The notes below the pieces were generated by a model. That model had not been told where the DNA came from. It made no database searches and was given only the letters and a program-made list of their open reading frames with translations. Positions 1 through 9,275 of a stretch of 21,449 bases of DNA are shown here, one piece after another (within the stretch, counting starts at the first letter, position 1; the number at the start of each line of letters is the position of its first letter). This stretch comes from Candidatus Bathyarchaeia archaeon. Its GTDB lineage: Archaea; Thermoproteota; Bathyarchaeia; Bathyarchaeales; Bathycorpusculaceae. The stretch covers positions 1-21,449 of the forward strand of contig JBEKOM010000014.1 in the NCBI GenBank assembly GCA_049521795.1, read 5' to 3'. Made by a program: the position numbers and the translations under genes.

Positions 1-88
1 CTGCTTTCCCAACGGCTTTCCAGTGCCTAAAAAATAGGTTGAAGCCATCAGACATTTTGAAATAATCTTTGACTTCCTCTACGCTCAT
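1..88 (-). CDS. N-terminus of an alpha/beta hydrolase (lysophospholipase-like), runs off the window start
   Basis: Manual translation from ATG at 88: MSVEEVKDYFKMSDGFNLFFRHWKAVGKA. This matches the typical 'DGxxLFxRxW...KA' start of Hydrolase_4/PldB proteins. Not in the ORF track. Confidence 0.6.
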   Translation of the reverse strand, partial: MSVEEVKDYFKMSDGFNLFFRHWKAVGKA

Positions 89-156
89 AATAAAAGCCTT
101 CTTTTATCAAATTGAGTTTCTTATCCCCGCGTGCGTCCATTGGGTGATAGTCTTCG

Positions 157-200
157 TTCAGCTATAACTTTTCCGCAAAACCAAAACTGGATTAGAAAAA
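157..200 (+). repeat. Dispersed intergenic repeat, copy A
   Basis: TTCAGCTATAACTTTTCCGCAAAACCAAAACTGGATTAGAAAAA aligns with 18002-18045; its first 16 bp are identical to 858-873. Confidence 0.6.
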
Positions 201-297
201 TACGTCGAAAGCGTAGAACAGAAGAACGCTAAAATCAAATGGTCGGAAATGCTTTTATGCAAATCAGTTTCTCAGGAGTGATAAGGAATCAAAACAG

Positions 298-795
298 TCA
301 GGTTTTGAGCCCATTCATTATCTCGTTTGCGAAGGTTCTCGCTCGCTCCAATCGTGTCGCATCGGGTTGACCTTGACTATTATCAAGTCGCGCCCATTTA
401 CGTTCTTTCGACCTCGTACTAAGTCGCATGAAGGTTTTAATTAGTCGAGAGACTTGTCCTTGGCAGTCGAAAATGCCAATAATATTAGCCCCCACGGTAG
501 CATCTCTAAATTTCTGAATCCATTCCTGCAAAAGCGGTGCCCCCTCGGGAGCCATGTGGGTGATAAAGAGCGCTATTGCTCTATCCTTGACCCGAGTTTC
601 TAAGAAAGCCCTAGCCTTCTTATCTGGACCATATCCATGTATTGGAAACCCTAGAAATGAAAGGTCATAGCCATCAAGGGATGTGACGTCTTCGCATCGT
701 CTAATCTCTTTTGGTTCTGGAATTGCACCATAAATGGCTTCAGCAACTTTCTTCGTATTTCCAGTCTGAGACATGTAAGCAACCAAAACTTTCAT
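298..795 (-). CDS. Flavodoxin family protein
   Basis: MKVLVAYMSQTGNTKKVAEAI is the FMN phosphate-binding loop; also YDLSFLGFP and IGIFDCQG. Start moved to ATG 795 (track gives 813). Confidence 0.88.
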   Translation of the reverse strand: MKVLVAYMSQTGNTKKVAEAIYGAIPEPKEIRRCEDVTSLDGYDLSFLGFPIHGYGPDKKARAFLETRVKDRAIALFITHMAPEGAPLLQEWIQKFRDATVGANIIGIFDCQGQVSRLIKTFMRLSTRSKERKWARLDNSQGQPDATRLERARTFANEIMNGLKT

Positions 796-857
796 GAACA
801 GCCACCGATGCACTACTTCACATTGGGTGGTTTTTAAAGATTATGAAGACTTCTGAT

Positions 858-873
858 TTCAGCTATAACTTTT
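858..873 (+). repeat. Dispersed intergenic repeat, partial copy
   Basis: TTCAGCTATAACTTTT, identical to 157-172. Confidence 0.55.
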
Positions 874-1124
874 TGTATTGCCATTCATGACCGCTAGATA
901 GTCCTAAGATGGTCACAGTCCAGATTTTTCTTTCGAAGACCGAGCCTAGCCATTTTGCCCAGCTTGGTTTAATAGATGGTGGGGGGAATAGTTGAACTTG
1001 ATGTTTGGAATTAATGGCTTTTCGGGATTGCCTCTGAAATCTCCCTAGTCTTGATGGTATTTCAGAAAGTGCTAGTAAAACGATATTGTTGTCCATCAAG
1101 TTGCATTTCGAGAATGCATGGAAA

Positions 1125-1136
1125 AGCGCGCGCGCT
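1125..1136. repeat. GC junction palindrome
   Basis: AGCGCGCGCGCT. Confidence 0.85.
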
Positions 1137-1340
1137 GAACAGAGAAAAAATCATACCATTATAGTTCATTAATGCAGTTACTCTGGTTGGCAATGCCCGG
1201 GGTGGAACTGTCAACAATAGAGAGTGCGTGTTGGCATTATATAATTGTTATGTATCAATCTTCTACGTCACATGATAGCGAAGCCGCCAACGGGATGGAC
1301 ATTCCACTGCTTCGGTATGGAAATAGCTACTTATTTGCTT

Positions 1341-1532
1341 TCAATCCCGTTTAGAAAACACGATGGCAAGTCCAAAGGTCAGGTTAATCCCAAAGAATCC
1401 TAGGATTGCTAGTGGGTAGGAATATGAAAAGAAGAACAAGAAAGGAGAACAAATAATCGCAAGCACGAGGGCGCAAGCATACAGGACAAACCTGAACCTT
1501 TCAATCGAGCTCATTCTGTTTCCAATCTCCAT
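1341..1532 (-). CDS. Small membrane protein, about 2 TM helices
   Basis: 63 aa with two hydrophobic stretches; overlaps the end of the upstream glycosidase gene on the same strand. Confidence 0.55.
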   Translation of the reverse strand: MEIGNRMSSIERFRFVLYACALVLAIICSPFLFFFSYSYPLAILGFFGINLTFGLAIVFSKRD

Positions 1533-3391
1533 TTCTGGCGTTTTCTTCTGTGAACTGTGACTACAAGTAGCGGCGTAATCATGGATGGTGGCAGAATAAG
1601 CAACGATGGAAACTCTGGAACCGTCTGGATGACCTGGATATAATGGTATGTTTTGTAGAAGGGCAACAGAACGTATTCTCCGTCTGGACCGATGTTAGGT
1701 TCGATCTGTGACCTTTCATGGTACTCGTTCCAGCTGTAGATGGCAACGATGCTTAGGTTTCCTTGATTCTCGTATTCCTGAACGGTTCTCCACTGTTGAT
1801 CGTACATACCGTCGGAATAGTTCCCGTCAAAAGTATGCGTGCCACCTATGTGGCTGTCATCATACCTCGGTTCGATACAAGTAAAACCGTCCATCGAGAG
1901 CTCTGGAAAAATGTTAGGATAACCTATGCTGTCTTGGCTTGTGCTGCAGGGTCTCCAGGCATACCAATCTACATAGGAAGGAGTCTGACCCACTATTCGA
2001 GCAGAGAAGCCTATGGCGTTGTGTATGGCATCTCGACTTGCTTGAGTTGCGGTCATGTTGATGTTGTCGTTCCAGAAGCAAACCAGAGGCATGCCATTCA
2101 GCTTCATGTAGATGCTCTCGTACGGTGCAACGTAAGTATCGTTGATGTAGTCGTATATCGCGTTGAAGTCGTACATGCCGCTCCAGTTGTAAGCCTCAAC
2201 CATGATGGCGATCTGAATTGGATAATCATATTGCTTGACCATGGAGAAAATGGCTTTAGTTGCGTCGTCTTCGAAGGAGTGTGGTCCCCACCAAGAGATG
2301 ATCAGGAAGTCGATGCCGAGTTCCTTGAACCATTCTAGGTGCTGCTTGATCACTTTGGGATCTGATGAATTGTAGAATCCCAGGAGAGGTGTGTCCATAA
2401 CCGTCCAACCTGAACTGCCATTCCAGTGACCTTTTCCCAACTCTCCTGTGTACCAAACGTAATAGAACAGTCCAACTTTAACGTGCTTGCACACATTTGC
2501 AATGACTACCAACGCGGTGGTTTCTGTGTTTTCTGTGTGGCCTGCGGTTGATAGATTTTTGTCGTATCCTGTCGCTATGCCGCCGTCTGGCCCTTGACAA
2601 GCTGCTAGAATATCTTCCATCTTCGTCTCTTGAGGAGGCTTTGGAAGTTTCAAGCGCTGACGAAGGATGATCGCCAATGCGAGTTTAAACGGTTCATAGT
2701 AACCGTATTGTGGAGCCTTTGTATTGTTGTGCGCTGCATCTGCAAACCCGAATCCGTCCCACATACTCATCATGTTGTTATAGCAGGCCATCGCATCTGT
2801 TGCATCGCCGCCGTTTAGGAAGCTCATTCCCATCCATGCTAACTCATCCGAATAGTTCATCCAATCAGGCCAGACGCTTCCGTTGTCCACCTCAGTCGCA
2901 ATCAAGTGTGAGTCTTTTTCAGTCAGATTAATCAGGTTGTAACCATGAGGCACTCCGGCTGGCAACTTGTCTCCAATGATTGGTTCGTGTTTGAAGGAGA
3001 TGGGCAGTCCATTTGGGTCCGTTGGCAATGAATAGTTCTTGGCATAAGCCTCTATCTGGTTTTTGATTGCGTCGCTTATGGTCTTGTTGTATGGTTGAAG
3101 TGCGTAGTAGGCAAGGAGGTTGTCGGTGACTATCCAAAAGACCTGTCCTAGAAATCCCAGACTGTTGCCGCTGTCGCCATAGACTTCTGAGCACAGCCCT
3201 AAAGTGGAGTCGTAAGTACGGTCAATAAGGAAGCCTGCAGCCTTAGCAGAAACAGAAGAGTTGCCAACGTCCAAGCTTGCCAATTCCGTTGTTACGGAGT
3301 TTCCCACCATGGCTGGCACAAACGCTGAAATCACTGTGATCCCCACAAGCCACAAAGCGATAATGCGACCGGCAATTCTGCGGTTTCTCAT
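1511..3391 (-). CDS. Secreted/surface GH99-like glycoside hydrolase with an extra N-terminal domain and C-terminal PEF-CTERM sorting signal
   Basis: N-terminal basic plus hydrophobic signal (MRNRRIAGRIIALWLVG). GH99-type motifs FYYVWY, PLLGFYNSSD, GIDFLIISWWG, YSWNEYHERSQIEP. C-terminus VPEFPSLLIL...VVTVHRRKRQK. Start moved to ATG 3391. Confidence 0.8.
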   Translation of the reverse strand: MRNRRIAGRIIALWLVGITVISAFVPAMVGNSVTTELASLDVGNSSVSAKAAGFLIDRTYDSTLGLCSEVYGDSGNSLGFLGQVFWIVTDNLLAYYALQPYNKTISDAIKNQIEAYAKNYSLPTDPNGLPISFKHEPIIGDKLPAGVPHGYNLINLTEKDSHLIATEVDNGSVWPDWMNYSDELAWMGMSFLNGGDATDAMACYNNMMSMWDGFGFADAAHNNTKAPQYGYYEPFKLALAIILRQRLKLPKPPQETKMEDILAACQGPDGGIATGYDKNLSTAGHTENTETTALVVIANVCKHVKVGLFYYVWYTGELGKGHWNGSSGWTVMDTPLLGFYNSSDPKVIKQHLEWFKELGIDFLIISWWGPHSFEDDATKAIFSMVKQYDYPIQIAIMVEAYNWSGMYDFNAIYDYINDTYVAPYESIYMKLNGMPLVCFWNDNINMTATQASRDAIHNAIGFSARIVGQTPSYVDWYAWRPCSTSQDSIGYPNIFPELSMDGFTCIEPRYDDSHIGGTHTFDGNYSDGMYDQQWRTVQEYENQGNLSIVAIYSWNEYHERSQIEPNIGPDGEYVLLPFYKTYHYIQVIQTVPEFPSLLILPPSMITPLLVVTVHRRKRQKWRLETE

Positions 3392-3437
3392 CACATTTTC
3401 CGAAACCAATCTGAATGAAGGGGACAACACTCTTGTT

Positions 3438-4496
3438 CTAAGATAATGGCCGAGCATTTGAAATTCTCCAATATTTGAAACTTTCTCTTAACGCATAGGA
3501 TAAGGAACTTCTTAACAGCAGAGAATGTGGAGTGGTGCAGCCTGTAAGGCAAGGGCCACAGTTCGCTCGTTTGCTTAGTACCGTGTGGAAACGTTCGGAT
3601 CTGAGCATTTCTTTTATGTTGGATTGAAGGAGGGATCCGATTGTCCAGCTTGGATCAGGTAGGCCGATGGGGCAGATTCGCAGTTCGCCTTTCGGATTTA
3701 CGCCAAGGTAGAGGTAGCCTGCATCGCATAGACGTGGCATCTCGTTGTTGAGGAATTTTCTTATCAGTTCGATCATGTTGACGGAAGGTTCGAGGAGTTT
3801 TGGGTTCTCACTTTTCAGGTTCAGAACACTTGCTAGAAAATCGTTGATTTCTCGTTTGGGAATGCTGAGGTCTTGATACGATAACCCATCTTCGGTTGTT
3901 ACAGGGCAGAAGCTGACCACTACGCCCAGGTCTTGTAACCATCTGGCGAAAGCGACCAGTTCCTTGTAGTTTCTCTTTGTTAGAACGAAGTTTACTCCTA
4001 CCAAACAGTTTCCCTTTACTCGGAGAAGGTTTTTGAGCCCGATGATCGCTGCATCAAAACTTCCCTGTTCTCCTCGAATCTCGTCATGAGTGGCAGAGAA
4101 CCCGTCTAAGCTGACGAATACCCCGTCGAACGATCTGGCAATGGACATTGCGCGTTCAGGGGTTATCAATGTGGCGTTAGTGTTTAATCCCATGAAAACT
4201 CCGCGACTCTGGCCATACTGTGCGATGGCTTCAAGGTCTTTTCTGACGAGCGGTTCACCCCCTGTTATGCCAATTATAGGAACGCCGTAGCCTGCAAGTT
4301 GTTCAACAACGTGCTTAGCTTGCTCCGTTGATAATTCTTCGTGACTTCTTTCTTTCCAAATGTTGCAGAAAACGCATCTACGGTTGCATCGTAACGTGAT
4401 CTGATAACTGACAAACAGGGGTCTTGGTCTTCCCATCTTGTATCTGGCAAAAGTTTTCACGATGCCTATGCCTTTCCAAATGCCTCTAATATCCAT
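3438..4496 (-). CDS. Radical SAM protein with SPASM/twitch C-terminal domain
   Basis: CNRRCVFC (CxxxCxxC), ITGGEPL, VSLDG...HDEIRG; C-terminal CDAG...G.LRICP...CGPCLTGC. Confidence 0.9.
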   Translation of the reverse strand: MDIRGIWKGIGIVKTFARYKMGRPRPLFVSYQITLRCNRRCVFCNIWKERSHEELSTEQAKHVVEQLAGYGVPIIGITGGEPLVRKDLEAIAQYGQSRGVFMGLNTNATLITPERAMSIARSFDGVFVSLDGFSATHDEIRGEQGSFDAAIIGLKNLLRVKGNCLVGVNFVLTKRNYKELVAFARWLQDLGVVVSFCPVTTEDGLSYQDLSIPKREINDFLASVLNLKSENPKLLEPSVNMIELIRKFLNNEMPRLCDAGYLYLGVNPKGELRICPIGLPDPSWTIGSLLQSNIKEMLRSERFHTVLSKRANCGPCLTGCTTPHSLLLRSSLSYALRESFKYWRISNARPLS

Positions 4497-4598
4497 CCTT
4501 TAACCCCGCTACGTTCCTGCAGCTCTTCTTCCGTCATTCGACAGGAAGCCGAGACACGCAAACTCCTTACGATCAATAAACAACTAGATGCAGTTAAT

Positions 4599-4694
4599 TC
4601 CTACTTTGTTGACCAGCAGGTCAACGATTGTTGACTTGCACCTTACATGTGCGCGCTCTACGACTGTTGATTGGACGGTTAGCTTTCGGTTGAC
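4599..4694. promoter_or_regulatory. Candidate operator array (GTTGA/TCAAC half-sites) in the divergent radical SAM / ArsR intergenic region
   Basis: GTTGACC-N4-GGTCAAC 4608-4625; GTCAAC-N4-GTTGAC 4620-4635; TCTACGACTGTTGA 4657-4670 (12/14 identical to 4621-4634); GTTGAC 4689-4694. Confidence 0.45.
4649..4657. repeat. GC junction palindrome (variant)
   Basis: GTGCGCGCT. Confidence 0.65.
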
Positions 4695-4744
4695 GAGACA
4701 AGAATTATCTACATGTTAATTGCAGAAGAGTCTTAGGACTTGCA

Positions 4745-5851
4745 ATGGTAGATGCTGCAGAGCTCTTCGAAGCGATCTCTCATCCTGCGCGGATCAGAAT
4801 TCTGAAAGCTCTCGAGAAGCAACCCTCGAGCTTCGCTTCCTTGAAGAGACAACTGGGCATCGATAGCAGTGGAAACCTTGACTACCACCTCAAGAAACTC
4901 GGTCAACTCGTAACGGTTCGACAAGACGGATTGTATGCGCTCACAGACGTGGGAAAGGAGGCTCTTCTGTCCATTGACGCAGTAGAAATGTGGACAGATA
5001 TGGAAAGGCACAAGGCTAAGATGTTCACGAAAATGCCGAAGGAAGCGCTTTCCCTAGGGCTTCTGGAAATCTGCACGACCGTTTCAATCTTGGTGTTCTT
5101 TCTGACGCTAGTGCAATTGCCCCAGTCTACGGACAATCCATGGGGGTTCTTGTTTTTTGGGGCTCTGTTGTTCACAGGTTTCTGTTCTGGCTTTGGCATA
5201 TTTGTCCGTTGGAGATGGAGTTGGATCATGGTTTTGGCCAAGTCGGCTTTGATCATGTCGATGGGTCTCTTTCTGCTGAATTACTTGTGGAAACCAGAAT
5301 TGGTTATTATTAGTCAATCAAGCTCCGTGGCGTTGTGCTACTTGGCATTTGTTGCTGCAGAAATAGCTACTGTGGTGGTGGCATTAAGGCATCCTCTGAA
5401 GGATTTCCTTGGAATAAGCAAGATCAAACTGTCCTATCTTGACGTCTTCAGTAGCCTATTGTGCATATCCAGCGGACTACTTTTGGTTCTACTTGAGAGT
5501 GCAGTTCGTTTTCCTATAGCAGCAGAACTATCGAGTGACCCGGTCAGGGTGGTCAGTAACTTCAGTTGGGTCAGTACAGTTTTCACTTCCGTATCTGACA
5601 CGTCCATCCTGTGCGGTTTGCTCATAATGGTCGGAGGCGTTCTGATTCTGGTGGGAAGCAGCACTATTGGCGCTGTGATTAGCATCATCTTCGGGTTTTT
5701 TCCACCTCTTCCGTACACTCATCATGTGTACGACATCATTGCAGCGATGCCCACGTTACCTTATGCTCTAGTGATCGCCGTGCTGGTTGGCTCTCTGCCG
5801 ATTGTCGGAGGACTACTCGCTCTTGCCGGTGCGCGAAGGTTATTGCGCTAG
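4745..5851 (+). CDS. ArsR-family winged-helix regulator fused to a multi-pass membrane domain
   Basis: FEAISHPARIRILKAL...SSGNLDYHLKKL...YALTDVGKEAL wHTH, followed by roughly 8 hydrophobic segments. Confidence 0.85.
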   Translation: MVDAAELFEAISHPARIRILKALEKQPSSFASLKRQLGIDSSGNLDYHLKKLGQLVTVRQDGLYALTDVGKEALLSIDAVEMWTDMERHKAKMFTKMPKEALSLGLLEICTTVSILVFFLTLVQLPQSTDNPWGFLFFGALLFTGFCSGFGIFVRWRWSWIMVLAKSALIMSMGLFLLNYLWKPELVIISQSSSVALCYLAFVAAEIATVVVALRHPLKDFLGISKIKLSYLDVFSSLLCISSGLLLVLLESAVRFPIAAELSSDPVRVVSNFSWVSTVFTSVSDTSILCGLLIMVGGVLILVGSSTIGAVISIIFGFFPPLPYTHHVYDIIAAMPTLPYALVIAVLVGSLPIVGGLLALAGARRLLR

Positions 5852-5931
5852 TGCGTAACCCTTGTTCCTTGATAATCAATGATGAAATCAGTATTTTCTG
5901 TAATATAGTATGAGGAAGAGCAGAAGCAACT

Positions 5932-6186
5932 TTACTTTTCGAACATTAACACTGGCGCACACTTCTGTCGTTTGCTTTCTTTGTTCTTGCGATCCCTGAA
6001 GTTGAGTCTCAACACATGCTTTCTTGGATTCCACTCGATCTTCAACAGGCCTGAAAAGAAGAGATCTGTTAGTATTAGGTTGGCCTCTTCCTCAATATGT
6101 TCTTGATTGTATTCATCTTCGTATTCGCTTCCTAGGTTCTCGGTAAAATCCAAGAAGAATTGTCTCGCAACTGCTTCTTTGCTCAT
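5932..6186 (-). CDS. Hypothetical protein (84 aa)
   Basis: ATG start, fills the gap with no competing ORF, divergent from the MBL nuclease; no recognised motif. Confidence 0.55.
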   Translation of the reverse strand: MSKEAVARQFFLDFTENLGSEYEDEYNQEHIEEEANLILTDLFFSGLLKIEWNPRKHVLRLNFRDRKNKESKRQKCAPVLMFEK

Positions 6187-6257
6187 CTCTACCCGCTCCG
6201 TTCCGTTCGCAAGATGCTATAAGACTCTTGTACTTATGCTCTTGTGAGGGGCTTCGT

Positions 6258-7610
6258 TTGGTTAAACTCAGGTTCTATGGCGGTGTGAACGAGATAGGCG
6301 GCAACAAGATTCTCGTGGAAGACGGGAAGACGAGGATTTTCTTCGATTTTGGGCAGTCTTTCACTTTTGGTACAGATTACTTTACAAGTTGGCTCGGACC
6401 AAGAGCGGTCAACGGTTTAGGAGATTATTTTGCGTTTAACCTGTTGCCTCGCATTAGCGGTTTGTATTCTCAGGAAATGTTGGCTTCAACCAGTCTTCGA
6501 TACGCTGAGCCTCAGGTCGACGCTGTGTTCTTGTCGCATGCTCATTTTGATCATGTAGCTCATATTCAGTTTTTGGACCCGAAAATTCCCATCTACGTCG
6601 GCGTAGGCACTAAGCTGTTGATGGAGTCGATGGAGGAGACCAGTAGTTTCTGCAGGTATGGAGAACATGAATGTCGTAAGTTTCGCACTGGGCACAGTTT
6701 TAAGGTTGATGGTGTGACGGTTGAACCGGTGCATGTGGATCATTCTATTCCGGCCGCTTATGGTTTCATCATTCACACTTCTGAGGGGTCAGTGGTCTAC
6801 ACGGGAGACCTGAGAATTCACGGTCCGAGGAAGGATCTGACTGAAGATTTCTTGGAGAAGGCCCAGAGTTGTGAGCCGGTTGCCTTGATCTGTGAGGGAA
6901 CGAGGATGGTTGAGAAGGAGAAGCGGAAGAACTATTCGGAGTCTCAGGTCAGGCAGTTGAGCAACGAAGTTGTTTCTTCAACCGATAAGTTGGTGTTTGC
7001 GATGCGCTACAGTCGAGATTTGGACAGGTTTAGAAGCTTCTACAAAGTCGCTAAGAAAAATGGAAGGAAAATCGTTGTTTCGCCGAAGACCGCTTATCTA
7101 TTGAGCAAGCTTCTTGATGATGAGCATCTTGACCTTCCGGATCCGCTGAAGGATGAGGATATTCTGGTTTATTATAAGCGGAAGAAGTCAGGTGGGTTCG
7201 ATGAGAAGGACTATTATGTTTGGGAGCGAAAGTTCATGGATAAAATGGTGACGCACGAGTTTATTCACGAGAACCAAGGCAAGCTTGTAATGGACTTGGA
7301 CTTCTACCAGTTCGCAGAATTAATAGACATTAATCCGGAGCCCGGCAGTCAGTTCATTCACAGTATGAGTGAGCCGTTTAGCGAAGAAGACATTCAAGAT
7401 GACGTAATGCACAACTGGATAGACCACTTCAGAATGCACTTTCATCAGCTTCACGCATCAGGCCACTTGAACAAGGACCAACTAGTGGACTTAATCAACC
7501 GCATTCAACCCAAACAGGTTTTTCCAGTGCATACTGAAAATCAGCAGCTGTTCCTGCACTACTTCAAGAACGCCCAGACGATACAATATGCAAAAGAATA
7601 TTCTTTATGA
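6258..7610 (+). CDS. Metallo-beta-lactamase / beta-CASP nuclease (RNase J-like)
   Basis: GGVNEIGGNK, FFDFG, SHAHFDH, VDHS, YTGDLR, CEGT, HASGH and PVHTE motifs. Start moved to TTG 6258, after GAGGGG at 6246-6251. Confidence 0.85.
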   Translation: MVKLRFYGGVNEIGGNKILVEDGKTRIFFDFGQSFTFGTDYFTSWLGPRAVNGLGDYFAFNLLPRISGLYSQEMLASTSLRYAEPQVDAVFLSHAHFDHVAHIQFLDPKIPIYVGVGTKLLMESMEETSSFCRYGEHECRKFRTGHSFKVDGVTVEPVHVDHSIPAAYGFIIHTSEGSVVYTGDLRIHGPRKDLTEDFLEKAQSCEPVALICEGTRMVEKEKRKNYSESQVRQLSNEVVSSTDKLVFAMRYSRDLDRFRSFYKVAKKNGRKIVVSPKTAYLLSKLLDDEHLDLPDPLKDEDILVYYKRKKSGGFDEKDYYVWERKFMDKMVTHEFIHENQGKLVMDLDFYQFAELIDINPEPGSQFIHSMSEPFSEEDIQDDVMHNWIDHFRMHFHQLHASGHLNKDQLVDLINRIQPKQVFPVHTENQQLFLHYFKNAQTIQYAKEYSL

Positions 7611-7743
7611 AAGGAAGAATTCTAAGAACGCACTACTAACTCTCACACTCACTTCGTGTGCGTAACGCAACCGAAAGGTTTGAAAGATCTTAGGTGTAAG
7701 CACTAGGTGAATTTCAAAGGCATAAGAAACGGGTGATGAGCGA

Positions 7744-9264
7744 ATGTCCCAATGGTCAAACCTGAAGGTCGACATACTTAAGGTCATTCAAAACTTCGTG
7801 GAAATGTACCCATACCCTGCTGCGGAATGTCTTGTGCTTGAAGCTATTGCTAACTGTCTTGATGCAAAGGCAACTAAGATAGATGTGAGCATTCACAGTG
7901 ACGAGAAAGGCCGGAAGATCTTTAAAGTGGTTGACAATGGGACAGGAATGAGCCAGAGAGAATTTGAGGATAATTATCACGCGCTTTCCGTTTCTTCAAA
8001 AACAAAAGGTGAAGGCATAGGTTTTGCAGGCGTAGGGTCCAAGCTCTACCTTGTATTCCTTGCAAGCGGAGAGAGCATAATAACCGAAACAAAGTCTCAG
8101 AGCTTTCACGGGTCCAGCGAGATAACTGTGATCGGCAAGGAACCCAAGTGGACCTACATTGACAAAAGAACACTTTCTAACACGGGTACCTTATACGAAG
8201 TGAGACTCAATCAAGAAGACGCAGATTCTCTGACGCATGAAGATATTGTTCATATAATTCAATCATATTACAATGCGATACTCTTAGGAAGATATGGGGA
8301 CATATCTATTTCTTTTCAAGGAAAGAAAGTCGATCCATGGAAGCCAGCATTGCTGGTCGAATCGAAGGATCCAATTCCGTTCAAGATAAAAGGTTCTGAA
8401 TTCAAACTATGTCTCTGGCAGACAAAGGATGATCAAGAGGATAGAAATGGACTGGAAATAGTCGTCTTCGGCAAGAAAATCAAAGGCAGACAATGGTTCG
8501 AACTTGACTATTTAGTCAAGCCGAATTTCCGCAAGAAGGTTGTAGGTCAGGTTCTTGCAGACGGCCTTGCCCCGTTGTTAACCACCAATAAATGCGACTT
8601 TAGGCTGCAAACTAATCCTAGATTGTGGGGTTCATTCAAACAGAAAACATATGAGTCGCTGGGAGCATGGCTGGAAGAAATCGGCGCGATGACTGAGAAA
8701 TCACCGACAGAAATTGATCCTGGGCTTGAGTCACTGTGCAAAAGGCTGGAAGCCGAGGTGAACAGACTTCTGAGAGATCCGCTTTTTTCGAACTACAACC
8801 CTTTCTTGAAAATTCAAAGTCGAGCAACGCTCATTCAGGATCCACAAGGCGATACTATGGGCTCAAAAGTAGAAGGAGCACAAGTGACTGAAGGAACCTT
8901 AGGTGGCCAAGACACAGACCAAGGTGTCGAGGTCTTAGGTCCTGATGAAGGAACCGGCATAATTCCATCGACAGACGGGCAGGAAAAAGGGGTCTTGGCT
9001 CCTCGTAGAGTGAGATATGGTATTGCTATTAACCTGAAGGATGATGCTGAGAATCCAAAAGAATCTTGGCTGACACCTGAGGCCATAGTAATAAATACTG
9101 CCCATCCCGTCTTCATGAAAAGCCAGATTCTTGGTTATGCTGCTGAGACCCAGCATATTTTGCGCTGTGTTTTCTTCGCTCTGCTTGAATCCAACCCGCC
9201 CCAAACTTTTAATGAAACCTTGGACAAACTTCGTAGCTTCTATGCGAAGTGGAGCACGATATGA
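7744..9264 (+). CDS. GHKL (HATPase_c_3, MORC/MutL-like) ATPase
   Basis: N box EAIANCLDA, G1 DNGTGM, G2 GEGIGFAGVGSK, G3 TGT; acidic Gly-rich linker; C-terminal INTAHP motif. Confidence 0.85.
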   Translation: MSQWSNLKVDILKVIQNFVEMYPYPAAECLVLEAIANCLDAKATKIDVSIHSDEKGRKIFKVVDNGTGMSQREFEDNYHALSVSSKTKGEGIGFAGVGSKLYLVFLASGESIITETKSQSFHGSSEITVIGKEPKWTYIDKRTLSNTGTLYEVRLNQEDADSLTHEDIVHIIQSYYNAILLGRYGDISISFQGKKVDPWKPALLVESKDPIPFKIKGSEFKLCLWQTKDDQEDRNGLEIVVFGKKIKGRQWFELDYLVKPNFRKKVVGQVLADGLAPLLTTNKCDFRLQTNPRLWGSFKQKTYESLGAWLEEIGAMTEKSPTEIDPGLESLCKRLEAEVNRLLRDPLFSNYNPFLKIQSRATLIQDPQGDTMGSKVEGAQVTEGTLGGQDTDQGVEVLGPDEGTGIIPSTDGQEKGVLAPRRVRYGIAINLKDDAENPKESWLTPEAIVINTAHPVFMKSQILGYAAETQHILRCVFFALLESNPPQTFNETLDKLRSFYAKWSTI

Positions 9265-9275
9265 AGTGAGAATGA

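Noticed and set aside
863-1354. ORFs 863..1099 (-) and 1172..1354 (+)
   Set aside because: No recognisable motifs and atypical composition. They may be decayed DNA, but I cannot assign them.
1763-5725. Antisense or nested ORFs in the GH99, radical SAM and ArsR genes (e.g. 1763..2338, 4903..5256)
   Set aside because: Shadow frames of well-supported genes.
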